A DNA stretch of 64,000 bases from Chloroflexota bacterium (lineage in GTDB: Bacteria; Chloroflexota; Anaerolineae; UBA1429). Below are positions 29,986-38,573 of the stretch, one piece after another; positions within the stretch are counted from its first letter, which is position 1, and every line of letters begins with the position of its first letter. Where the stretch lies: positions 2,067 to 66,066 of the forward strand of contig JAAYAW010000085.1 of assembly GCA_012719135.1 (NCBI GenBank), read 5' to 3'. The translations under genes were made by a program, and so were the position numbers. The notes under the pieces are model-generated. The model did not search any database. It was not told where the DNA came from and was given only the letters and a program-made list of their open reading frames with translations.

Positions 29986-31005
29986 TTAGCAGATCCGCGG
30001 TAGTTGCTCGCCGGCGAGCCTGTCCAGCAGCCGGCGAGTGCCGAGTGCGGTCCGGAGCACCACGCGTCCCGCGTTGCCTTCCAGCACGCGGCCGATTGCG
30101 GTGGCCTCGGCCCCTAACGGGTGGGCACGCATAGCCGCCAGGAGCGCACCCGCCTCTCCTGCCGGGACAATGGCGATGAGCTTGCCCTCGTTGGCCACAT
30201 ACAGCGGGTCGAGCCCGAGCAGTTCGGCGGCGGCCGCGACCGGCGCGTGGACGGGTACGGCCTCCTCGGCAATCTCCATGCTCACGCCGCTCCGCTCGGC
30301 CAACTCGTTCAACGCCGTGGCCACGCCACCGCGTGTGGGATCTCTCAGTACATGGATTTGCGTGCACGCGGCCAGCATGCGGGCCACCAGGTCGTTCAGC
30401 GGGGCGCAATCGCTCGATAGCGGGCTGGCGAACTCCAGGCCCTCTCGACGGGTCATGATTGCAAGGCCGTGGTCGCCAACTGCTCCGCTAAGCAGGATAG
30501 CGTCCCCCGGCTGGGCATTGCCGGCCGAAATACGGACGCCATCGGGCACCAGCCCTATCCCGGCGGTGTTGATGAACACGCCATCTCCGCTGCCGCGCTC
30601 GACTACTTTGGTGTCACCGGCCACGATGCGCACGCCGGCCGCGCGGGCGGTGGCCGCCTGAGAGGCCGCGATCCGGTCCAGATCGGCCATCGGGAACCCC
30701 TCTTCGATGACATAGCCGGTGGTCAGGTACAGCGGACGGGCGCCTCTCATGGCGAGGTCGTTGACCGTGCCGCAGACCGAGAGCTTGCCGATATCGCCGC
30801 CCGGGAAGAAGAGCGGCTGCACGACGAAGGAATCCGTCGTCAAGGCCAGCGAGCCATGCGGCTCGCTCGGGAGAGGCACTATGGCCGCGTCTTCCATCCC
30901 CGAGAGCACGTCATCGGCCATGTGCCGGACAAAGATCTGCTCAATGAGTTCCTGGCTCAACGTACCGCCGCTGCCGTGCGCGAGCAGCACCACATTCTCT
31001 GTCAT
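29986..31005 (-). CDS. hypE: hydrogenase maturation protein HypE
   Basis: PurM-like fold; ends in the conserved C-terminal PRIC motif. Start at MTENVVLLAHGSGG (ATG 31005), a 4-nt overlap with hypD. Confidence 0.9.
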   Translation of the reverse strand: MTENVVLLAHGSGGTLSQELIEQIFVRHMADDVLSGMEDAAIVPLPSEPHGSLALTTDSFVVQPLFFPGGDIGKLSVCGTVNDLAMRGARPLYLTTGYVIEEGFPMADLDRIAASQAATARAAGVRIVAGDTKVVERGSGDGVFINTAGIGLVPDGVRISAGNAQPGDAILLSGAVGDHGLAIMTRREGLEFASPLSSDCAPLNDLVARMLAACTQIHVLRDPTRGGVATALNELAERSGVSMEIAEEAVPVHAPVAAAAELLGLDPLYVANEGKLIAIVPAGEAGALLAAMRAHPLGAEATAIGRVLEGNAGRVVLRTALGTRRLLDRLAGEQLPRIC

Positions 31006-32111
31006 ATGTCCATAATCCCCCGGTAGCGATAGTAAGCCGCACAGGAGCCCTCTGCGGAGACCATGCACGGCCCAACGGGATGCGCAGGCGTGCAGGCTGC
31101 GCCGAATAGGGGGCATTGAGGCGGCTCCACTACGCCGCGCAGAACCTCGCCGCAGCGGCAGCCGACGGCCGCCTCCGCATCGAGGGGACCTTCGGCCATC
31201 CCGGGCAGCCCAAACCGCTGCCGTGCGTCGTACCTGGCCAGCCCTGGCCTGATCGCCAGACCACTGCCCGGTATCACGCCCAGCCCACGCCAGGCCGCAT
31301 CGGTGGGCATGAACACCTCATCCATCAACCTCAAGGCCGTGCTGTTTCCAAGGGCAGAAACGCCGCGCCCGTATGCGTTGGTGATGCGCGGCTCTCCGCG
31401 AGCCTGATCCTCGGCACAGGCGAGCAGCGCCTGCAGGATGTCCAGAGGCTCAAAGCCCGCCACGGCGCAGGAGACGCCGTACTCCTCAGGCAAAAACGAC
31501 CAGGCCTGCCATCCCGTAATGGCGGCCACATGCCCGGGCCCGAGCACCGCGTCCACAGCCAGCTCCCCGGCGTCCAGAATGGCACGCATGGCTGGGGCGG
31601 TCAGCTTGTGCATGGAGTATACGGTAAAGTTGGCCAGGCCCTCGGATTCGGCCTGCCGCAGCGCGGCCGCGATCGTCGGCGCGGTGGTCTCGAACCCGAT
31701 TCCCAGCATCACCACCTCGCGCTGTGGAAGGGCCCGCGCCAGCTCCAGGGCGTCCAGCGCCGAGTAGATCACGCGGACGTCGGCTCCTCGCGCCCGGGCG
31801 CCCTGCAGGCTGGTGGTCGTCCCCGGAACACGGATCATGTCTCCGAATGTGGCGAGCGTGATCCCTGGGCGCCCGCTCAGGGCGATGGCCTGATCGATGT
31901 CCGCGCTGGCGGTAACGCACACGGGGCACCCCGGCCCCGACAGCAACTGTACCTGCGGCGCCAGGGCGCCTCGAAGGCCGTACCGCATGATCGCATGGGT
32001 GTGCCCACCGCAGAACTCGATGACTCTGAGGGTGCCCTGCACCGTCGCGCGGACCGCGTCCATCAAGCGGCTGGCGGCGGCTGGATCACGAAACCCCCGC
32101 ATGTAGCTCAC
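31002..32111 (-). CDS. hypD: hydrogenase maturation protein HypD
   Basis: 369 aa; conserved CGxH (FCGGHTH), GPGCPVC, FETT and C-terminal CPLFG...C motifs. Confidence 0.92.
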   Translation of the reverse strand: MSYMRGFRDPAAASRLMDAVRATVQGTLRVIEFCGGHTHAIMRYGLRGALAPQVQLLSGPGCPVCVTASADIDQAIALSGRPGITLATFGDMIRVPGTTTSLQGARARGADVRVIYSALDALELARALPQREVVMLGIGFETTAPTIAAALRQAESEGLANFTVYSMHKLTAPAMRAILDAGELAVDAVLGPGHVAAITGWQAWSFLPEEYGVSCAVAGFEPLDILQALLACAEDQARGEPRITNAYGRGVSALGNSTALRLMDEVFMPTDAAWRGLGVIPGSGLAIRPGLARYDARQRFGLPGMAEGPLDAEAAVGCRCGEVLRGVVEPPQCPLFGAACTPAHPVGPCMVSAEGSCAAYYRYRGIMDI

Positions 32112-32416
32112 GGTGTCGGCCCACCCAGACCCGTCTTTGCGTCCTCCACGCGAGCCGTGTCCTCCTCTTGCCTCGAGCGTTCCTCTTCTTCGACCTCGCG
32201 CGAGGCTTGCTCCAGTTCATCGAACAACTGGAGGGTCTCCATCGCCTCGGCTTCGTCGAGCACGCTGATCGCATAGCCGGTGTGTATCAGGACATAGTCA
32301 CCCAGCTGCGCCTCGGGCGTGAGTGCGAGGCTCACCAGGCGCTCCACGCCATCGAGTTCGACTCGGGCCATCTGTTCCTGTATTTCCATGATCCGTACCG
32401 GTATTGCCAGGCACAT
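32108..32416 (-). CDS. hypC: hydrogenase maturation protein HypC (HupF/HypC family)
   Basis: Starts MCLAIP (essential N-terminal Cys2), about 100 aa with an acidic C-terminal tail. 4-nt overlap with hypD. Confidence 0.9.
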   Translation of the reverse strand: MCLAIPVRIMEIQEQMARVELDGVERLVSLALTPEAQLGDYVLIHTGYAISVLDEAEAMETLQLFDELEQASREVEEEERSRQEEDTARVEDAKTGLGGPTP

Positions 32417-32419
32417 CGC

Positions 32420-34822
32420 TCAGTTCCTTTCGCCGTCATCTGTATGGTGAGCCGGCTTGGCGCTGCTCCAGAGGTAATGCGCAATATAGGCCTGCCCAAG
32501 AGAGAGCCCCCCATCGTTGGTGGGGACCAGCCGGTGGACGACCGGCTGGAAGCCGGCGCCGTCCAGCCGGGCAGTCGCCATCTCGAGCAGCAGCCGGTTC
32601 TGGAATACGCCACCGCTGAGAGCCACGCGGCGCAGACCGGTCTCTTCCCGCAGCGCAACGCAGACTGACACCAGCAGTTCCGCCAGAGCGGCATGAAAGC
32701 GCCAGGCGATCTCCGGCGCGGGGACCCCGCGATCCAGGTCCTGCACGATCGCGCCGAGAAGGGCGTCCAACTCGATGACGGCCGTCTGGCTAACGTGCCC
32801 GGAGGGCTGGCCCCAGTGTTCGGCCGTCGCCCGCCGGCGCACACTGAAGGGATAGAAGCTCTTGGACAGGCCCGTGGCTCCGGCCTGCGGCTCACTGGCT
32901 AGTGCCTCCAGTTCCATCGCCGCCTGGCCTTCATAGCTGGCATCACGCCGGATCCCCAGCAGGGCAGAGACCGCATCAAAGAGCCTTCCCATGGAACTCG
33001 TCTGCGTCACTCGGGTACCGCTGGCGATCATGCGGCGCAGCACCTGGCGTTCCGCTGGCTTCACCGGGACGCGTTCCGCTGCAGCCTCCCCCAGCGTGTG
33101 AGCCAGATAGGCCCAGGCGATCCGGTAGGGATGCAGCGTGGCGGCGTCTCCCCCGGGTAGAGGCATGTAGGCCAGGTGCGCCGCGCGCGTGAATCCTCGG
33201 GCGTCCCCCACGAGGACCTCGCCCCCCCAGATGCGGCCATCGAGGCCGTAGCCCGTCCCATCCCATATCACGCCGATGACCGGCTCATCCAGCTGGTTCT
33301 CTGCCAGAACAGAGGCCAGGTGTGCGTGGTGGTGCTGGATGCGCAGCACGGGCAGGCCACTCTGGGTCGCAATCCGACTGGTATGGTAATCCGGATGGAG
33401 GTCGCAGGCCACGACCTCAGGTCGAATACCAAAGAGGCTCTCGTAAAGCGCCAGCGTCGCAGCCTGATGGTCCAGCGTCTCGATGTTCTCCATGTCCCCG
33501 ATGTGCTGGCTGACAAAGGCATAGCGGTCACGCGTGAGCGTGAAGGTGTTCTTCAGCTCGGCCCCCAGCGCGAGCATGGGCGCCGTGGAGACCGGCAGTG
33601 TGATAGGGAACGGTGCATCCCCCCGTGCCCGCCGCACAGGCTGGGGCCGCCCCGCCGGCGCGAACCACACGCTGTCATCGTACCGGGAGTGGACCGGGCG
33701 ATCGTGCGTGAGGAAGGTGTCTGCCAACCTGGCCAGACGGTGCAGGGCCTCGTCGTTATCCTGCGCGATAGGTTCCTCGGAGAGGTTGCCGCTCGTCATC
33801 ACCAGCGGTCGGCCCACATCGTGCATCAGAATGTGATGCAGCGGGGTGTAGGGCAGCACCAGCCCCAAGGTGCCGACGCCGGGTGCCACCTCGCCAGCCA
33901 GATGCGAGCCGATTGCGCGCATCAGCACGATCGGAGCCGATGGGCGCCTGAGGAGTTCGCGTTCCGCATCCCCAACGACGCACAGGCGCTCCGCCATGGC
34001 CATATCGCTCACCATCACAGCAAAGGCCTTGTGCGGGCGCCTCTTGCGCTCTCTGAGCCCTGCAACGGCGGCCGCACTGGTGGCATCGCAAGCCAGCTGA
34101 AAGCCACCGAGACCCTTGATGGCCAAGATCTGCCCCGAAGCGATCCGCGCCGCCGCCTCCCTCATGGCCTCATCACCTTGGGCGAGGGGCTTGCCCGACG
34201 CGGCTCGCAGCGTGACCACAGGACCACACACCGGGCAGGCATTGGGTTGGGCGTGGAAGCGCCGGTCACCCGGGTCGTCATACTCGGCCTGGCACTGCGG
34301 GCACATCGTGAACCCCGCCATGGTGGTGGCCGGACGGTCATAAGGGATCGCTTTGATGATCGTAAAGCGCGGCCCGCAGTTCGTGCAGTTGGTGAACGGG
34401 TAGCGATAGCGCCGGTTCGCAGGATCGAACATCTCGCTCAGGCATTCCGGGCAGGTGGCGATGTCCGGGGAGATGAGCTGGTAGCCAGAGGGCTCACCAT
34501 GGCTGCTCAGGATCGAGAAACCGGATAGGCTGGCGATCTCGTCGAGTCTGTCGCTCACCAGGTTCTCGATCCTGGCGAGAGGCGGCGCCTCTCGGCGAAC
34601 GGCCTGCTCGAAGGCATCCAGCGTCTCTATCGGCCCCTCTGCGCGGATTTCGACGCCAGAGGATGTATTGCGCACCCAGCCTGTGATACCCATCCGGCCC
34701 GCAAGCCGGTATATGAACGGCCGAAAGCCGACGCCCTGGACGACGCCGGCCACTCGGATCTCACGAACCACCTGGTGGTTCGCTATTCGGCCCGGGCTAG
34801 GTTTTGCAACCAGCTCGTCCAC
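32420..34822 (-). CDS. hypF: carbamoyltransferase HypF
   Basis: 800 aa; acylphosphatase domain (VQGVGFRPF), two Zn-finger CxxC pairs, YrdC-like and Kae1-like carbamoyltransferase domains. GTG start with GGGGAAGGG upstream, overlapping hypB by 40 nt; an alternative GTG lies 17 codons downstream. Confidence 0.9.
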   Translation of the reverse strand: MDELVAKPSPGRIANHQVVREIRVAGVVQGVGFRPFIYRLAGRMGITGWVRNTSSGVEIRAEGPIETLDAFEQAVRREAPPLARIENLVSDRLDEIASLSGFSILSSHGEPSGYQLISPDIATCPECLSEMFDPANRRYRYPFTNCTNCGPRFTIIKAIPYDRPATTMAGFTMCPQCQAEYDDPGDRRFHAQPNACPVCGPVVTLRAASGKPLAQGDEAMREAAARIASGQILAIKGLGGFQLACDATSAAAVAGLRERKRRPHKAFAVMVSDMAMAERLCVVGDAERELLRRPSAPIVLMRAIGSHLAGEVAPGVGTLGLVLPYTPLHHILMHDVGRPLVMTSGNLSEEPIAQDNDEALHRLARLADTFLTHDRPVHSRYDDSVWFAPAGRPQPVRRARGDAPFPITLPVSTAPMLALGAELKNTFTLTRDRYAFVSQHIGDMENIETLDHQAATLALYESLFGIRPEVVACDLHPDYHTSRIATQSGLPVLRIQHHHAHLASVLAENQLDEPVIGVIWDGTGYGLDGRIWGGEVLVGDARGFTRAAHLAYMPLPGGDAATLHPYRIAWAYLAHTLGEAAAERVPVKPAERQVLRRMIASGTRVTQTSSMGRLFDAVSALLGIRRDASYEGQAAMELEALASEPQAGATGLSKSFYPFSVRRRATAEHWGQPSGHVSQTAVIELDALLGAIVQDLDRGVPAPEIAWRFHAALAELLVSVCVALREETGLRRVALSGGVFQNRLLLEMATARLDGAGFQPVVHRLVPTNDGGLSLGQAYIAHYLWSSAKPAHHTDDGERN

Positions 34823-35442
34823 GCATCCATCCCTTCCCCTGTGACACAGGAGACGGGGAACAGCTCTATATCAGGGTTCAGACTGCGTACGAGCTTTTGG
34901 AACGCCTCGAGGTCAAAGGGTAGATAGGGGAGCAGATCGATCTTGTTGATGACCAGCGCGTCGACGTTGGCATAGATCTTGGGGTACTTGTAGGGCTTGT
35001 CATCGCCCTCGGGAACGCTCGATATGGCGACGCGGGTGTGTTCGCCGAGCGCAAACCCCACCGGGCAGATCAGATTACCGACGTTCTCTATAAAGACCAG
35101 GTCAACCTCGTCCAGCGGGAATTCGTTTAGAGATTGGGCCACCTGCTTCGCATCCAGATGGCAGCCCCCGCCCGTGTTGATCTGCACCGCGGGCGCCCCA
35201 CCGGCCCGGACCTTGTCCGTATCGACTGTGGAAGCAACGTCTCCTTCGATGGCCCCGATGCGGAGTTCGCCCTGGAGGCGTCTCACGGTTTCGAGGATCA
35301 GGCTCGTCTTGCCCGCGCCCGGAGCGGCCATGATGTTGACCACATGCACGCCGTGCTCGTCGAAAATGCGGCGGTTGTCTGCCGCTTGAGTGTCGTTCGC
35401 GCCCATGATGCGCTCAATCACCGGTACTCTGCGTGTGCTCAT
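34783..35442 (-). CDS. hypB: hydrogenase nickel incorporation GTPase HypB
   Basis: 219 aa; P-loop MAAPGAGKTS, ENVGNLICP and the CH-containing metal-binding region. Canonical position after hypA. Confidence 0.9.
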   Translation of the reverse strand: MSTRRVPVIERIMGANDTQAADNRRIFDEHGVHVVNIMAAPGAGKTSLILETVRRLQGELRIGAIEGDVASTVDTDKVRAGGAPAVQINTGGGCHLDAKQVAQSLNEFPLDEVDLVFIENVGNLICPVGFALGEHTRVAISSVPEGDDKPYKYPKIYANVDALVINKIDLLPYLPFDLEAFQKLVRSLNPDIELFPVSCVTGEGMDAWTSWLQNLARAE

Positions 35443-35786
35443 CGGTCCTCCACCTCAATGCTGTCGACATAGAACTCACGCCCGCGGATGGCCTTCGCCC
35501 GCGAGGCACCGCAGGCGGGGCATCGCCAGTCCGCACTTCTGGGCTCCCACTGGTGCCCGCATGCGCCACATTCCAGCAGCACGCGGACACGGGAAAAGAC
35601 CAGGCGCGCGCCCTGGCTGGGCGTTCCCTCGCTGAGGTAGTCAAAGTAGAACTGCACGCTATCGTCGACGATGCTTGAGAGATCGCCGATCACCAGGTTG
35701 ATGGCGCTGACCTTACGGGCGCCCGCCTCCGCGGCGTGCCGGCTGACAATCTCGATGATGCTCTCCGTGACGGCTAGTTCGTGCAT
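35439..35786 (-). CDS. hypA: hydrogenase nickel insertion protein HypA
   Basis: 115 aa; MHE N-terminus and two CxxC pairs (CGACGH...CPACG). TATACT -10-like hexamer 9 nt upstream of the ATG on the minus strand. Confidence 0.9.
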   Translation of the reverse strand: MHELAVTESIIEIVSRHAAEAGARKVSAINLVIGDLSSIVDDSVQFYFDYLSEGTPSQGARLVFSRVRVLLECGACGHQWEPRSADWRCPACGASRAKAIRGREFYVDSIEVEDR

Positions 35787-35874
35787 ATCCCCACTAGTAT
35801 AGCCCGGAATCGGGCCCGGCCAAACCTGTGCTCGCCGAGCGAGCGATGGCAGAACGTGCCCTTACGCGACGCCT

Positions 35875-35902
35875 TGACCCGGTGCCCGCCGGCCGCTACC
35901 AT
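35875..35902 (+). promoter_or_regulatory. putative promoter TTGACC-16-TACCAT upstream of the fucosidase gene
   Basis: gccTTGACCcggtgcccgccggccgcTACCATccg about 40 nt upstream of ATG 35942. The track ORF's GTG start at 35828 would include it. Confidence 0.3.
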
Positions 35903-35941
35903 CCGATGCAGGGTGCCACTGCGTCCACGAGGAGGAACCCG

Positions 35942-37201
35942 ATGGCTAGTGGAGACAGGCTACGCTGGTGGGCCGATGCGCGCTATGGGATGTTCGTCCA
36001 TTGGGGTCTGTATGCCATCCCGGCTCGCGGCGAGTGGGTCATGTATCAGGAGCATATTCTGCCCGCCGAGTACGCCAGGCTGGCGGATCAGTTCAATCCC
36101 AGCGGGTATGATCCCGACGCGTGGGTTCGTCTGGCACGCGAGGCCGGGATGCGCTACATGGTGCTGACGAGCCGCCACCATGACGGCTACTCGCTCTTTG
36201 ACAGTGAGGTCTCATCGTTCTCCGCGACAAAGCGCGCCGCCGGGAGAGACCTGTTGCGTGCCTATGTGGAAGCCTGCCACCGAGGTGGAATGCCGGTGGG
36301 CTTTTACTACTCCCTGCTGGATTGGCGCTATCCCGCTTACTTTCGCGGCCCCCAGCGTGATCCGGAAGGCTGGGTAACGCTCGTTGATTATGTCCACTCG
36401 CAGGCGCGAGAGCTCTGCACCAACTATGGCCAGCTGGACATCCTCTGGTATGACGGGGCCTGGCCCTACACCGCTGAGGATTGGCGGTCGGATGAACTCA
36501 ATGCCATGGTGCGTGAGCTCCAGCCGGGCATCGTGATCAACAACCGTGCCGGCACTCCGGAGGACTATGACACGCCGGAGCAGCACATCGCCGCTTCCGA
36601 ACAGGGCCGGCCATGGGAAGCCTGCATGACGCTCAATGGCAGCTGGGGCTATAGCCGGGCCGACAAGGCCTGGAAGTCACCGGCCTCGGTGATCGAATCG
36701 CTGGTTCGATGCGCGTCACAGGGCGGGAACCTGCTTCTGAATGTTGGTCCGCAGGCAGATGGGAGCATCCCGGAGCCTTCCGAGCGCATTCTTCGTCAGG
36801 TAGGTGCCTGGCTGCGCGTTAATGGCGCCTCGATCTATGGCACAGAGGCGTGCCCGTTCTTCACTTCCGGCGGATTGACGACTGCGCGCGGCAGCACAGT
36901 GTTTGTGCATATGCTGCGCTGGCCCGGGCGTGAGATGGTCATACCCAGGGTGCTAAACCAGGTGCGCTCTGCTCACATGCTCGCAGGTGGACAGCCGGTT
37001 GCCTTTCAGCAGCGTGGCGACCGCGTCGTGCTGAGCAAGCTGCCGGCAAAGGCGCCGGATGCTCTCGATACGGTTATCGTTCTGGAGCTCGATGGGAGGC
37101 CCCGGGAGCTGGACTATTTCCAGGCAGGATTTGAGCCAGCGGAGGACGCGTCCTCCGAGGAGGAGCGCACGATCGCTGGAGGCAACGATGCGCCGGTGTG
37201 A
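35942..37201 (+). CDS. alpha-L-fucosidase, glycoside hydrolase family 29
   Basis: GH29 signatures: RYGMFVHWGLYA, TSRHHDGYSLFDS, W..Y...W...DGAWP. Start set at ATG 35942 (MASGDRLRWW), preceded by GAGGAGG. Confidence 0.85.
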   Translation: MASGDRLRWWADARYGMFVHWGLYAIPARGEWVMYQEHILPAEYARLADQFNPSGYDPDAWVRLAREAGMRYMVLTSRHHDGYSLFDSEVSSFSATKRAAGRDLLRAYVEACHRGGMPVGFYYSLLDWRYPAYFRGPQRDPEGWVTLVDYVHSQARELCTNYGQLDILWYDGAWPYTAEDWRSDELNAMVRELQPGIVINNRAGTPEDYDTPEQHIAASEQGRPWEACMTLNGSWGYSRADKAWKSPASVIESLVRCASQGGNLLLNVGPQADGSIPEPSERILRQVGAWLRVNGASIYGTEACPFFTSGGLTTARGSTVFVHMLRWPGREMVIPRVLNQVRSAHMLAGGQPVAFQQRGDRVVLSKLPAKAPDALDTVIVLELDGRPRELDYFQAGFEPAEDASSEEERTIAGGNDAPV

Positions 37202-37287
37202 CTCTGGTCACTGCGCCGTCTTGAGCGTACTGCCATAATGGATGCAGGCGTTCGGTGGAGCGAGTGACGAAAGATGAGGTTTGAAGC

Positions 37288-38496
37288 ATGAATCGCGACA
37301 ACAGCAACGATCGAAAGGCCGCTCTCAAGCAGATGATCACCGATCTGCACGCTGGAGTGGATCTGCAGCAGGTTCGCGAGCGTTTCGTTGCCTTGGTGGG
37401 GAGCGCCAGCGCGGTGGAGATCGCGCAGATCGAGCAGGAGCTCATCTCAGAGGGGTTGCCAGTGGAAGAGGTGCGCGCCATGTGTGACGTGCACGTTTCG
37501 GTGTTTGAACAGGGCCTGCAGTCGCCAGAGCATCCCGAACTGGTGCCCGGGCATCCGGTGCACACGTTCAAGTACGAGAACTTTGCGCTTTCAGAGATGC
37601 TCGCCCTGATCGAGGAGACGATCGCCGAGCTACCCTCGGAACGCGCAATGAACGCTCTCGCCAGCTATCTGGCGCAGATGAAGCAGTTCGACCGGATCTA
37701 CCTCCGCAAGGAGCATCTGCTGTTCCCTTATCTGGAGAAGCATGGCGTGAGCGGGCCTACGTCGGTGATGTGGAGCATCCACGACGACGTCCGCAATCAG
37801 GCCAAGACCCTCGAGGCGGCCGTCGCCGCCCACGACCCGGGGGCGATCCGCGACGCGTTTGCGCCGCTGGCCGAGAACATGCGCGCGATGATCTACAAGG
37901 AGGAAAACATCCTCTATCCGACGGCTCTCAAGGTGCTTGACGATGCCGAGTGGCTCGCCATCCGGGATTCCAGCGATGAGATCGGCTATTGCCTGGTGCG
38001 ACCGGGCGATCAGTGGCAGCCCGACCTGCCTGAAGGAGAGCGCGAGCCCGCGCTAGAGACCGTGCCGGCGTATCTCGGTGGCGAGATGCCACTGGAGGTG
38101 GGCGCCCTCACGCTGGAGCAATTGACGCAGCTGTTTCGCCACCTGCCGGTGGACCTGACCTTTGTGGACGAGAAGGACACGGTCCGTATCTACTCGGAAT
38201 CGATCCTGGGAAGGGTCTTTACACGAACACCCTCGGTTATCGGGCGCAAGGTGCAGAACTGCCATCCGCCTGCCAGCGTCCATGTGGTCAATCGGATCCT
38301 GGAGGATTTCCGTGCAGGCACGCGTGAATCGGCCTCCTTCTGGATCACCCTGCACGATCGATTTCTCTACATTCGGTACTTTGCGGTGCATGATGCGGCC
38401 GGAGCCTACATGGGGACTCTGGAAGTGGTGCAGGATGTGACCGAGATTCGGGGCCTTGAGGGACAGCGGCGTTTGCTGGATGACGTCGTGTCCTGA
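37288..38496 (+). CDS. DUF438 domain protein with hemerythrin-like and PAS-like regions
   Basis: 402 aa; DUF438-type N-terminus, a central hemerythrin HHE-like region (HLLFPYLEKHG...WSIHDDVRNQ), and a C-terminal PAS-like fold. Possible gas/redox sensor. Confidence 0.65.
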   Translation: MNRDNSNDRKAALKQMITDLHAGVDLQQVRERFVALVGSASAVEIAQIEQELISEGLPVEEVRAMCDVHVSVFEQGLQSPEHPELVPGHPVHTFKYENFALSEMLALIEETIAELPSERAMNALASYLAQMKQFDRIYLRKEHLLFPYLEKHGVSGPTSVMWSIHDDVRNQAKTLEAAVAAHDPGAIRDAFAPLAENMRAMIYKEENILYPTALKVLDDAEWLAIRDSSDEIGYCLVRPGDQWQPDLPEGEREPALETVPAYLGGEMPLEVGALTLEQLTQLFRHLPVDLTFVDEKDTVRIYSESILGRVFTRTPSVIGRKVQNCHPPASVHVVNRILEDFRAGTRESASFWITLHDRFLYIRYFAVHDAAGAYMGTLEVVQDVTEIRGLEGQRRLLDDVVS

Positions 38497-38530
38497 GGAG
38501 CGCGCATCGCGCACGCCGGGCCATACGAAA

Positions 38531-38558
38531 GCGGGGCAGCCTCTACAGGCTGCCCCGC
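38531..38558. terminator. hairpin GCGGGGCAGCC-tctaca-GGCTGCCCCGC between convergent DUF438 and AOR genes
   Basis: 11-bp perfect GC stem with a 6-nt loop between two stop codons (38496 and 38574). Likely a bidirectional terminator. Confidence 0.5.
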
Positions 38559-38573
38559 GATGTGTCTCCTGGG

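Noticed and set aside
33176-34528. 450-aa plus-strand ORF (also 31116..32276 +, 29595..29978 +, 30469..31026 +)
   Set aside because: Antisense to hypF/hypD/hypE. Arg/Gly/Pro-rich with no motifs. The hyp genes on the minus strand are strongly supported.
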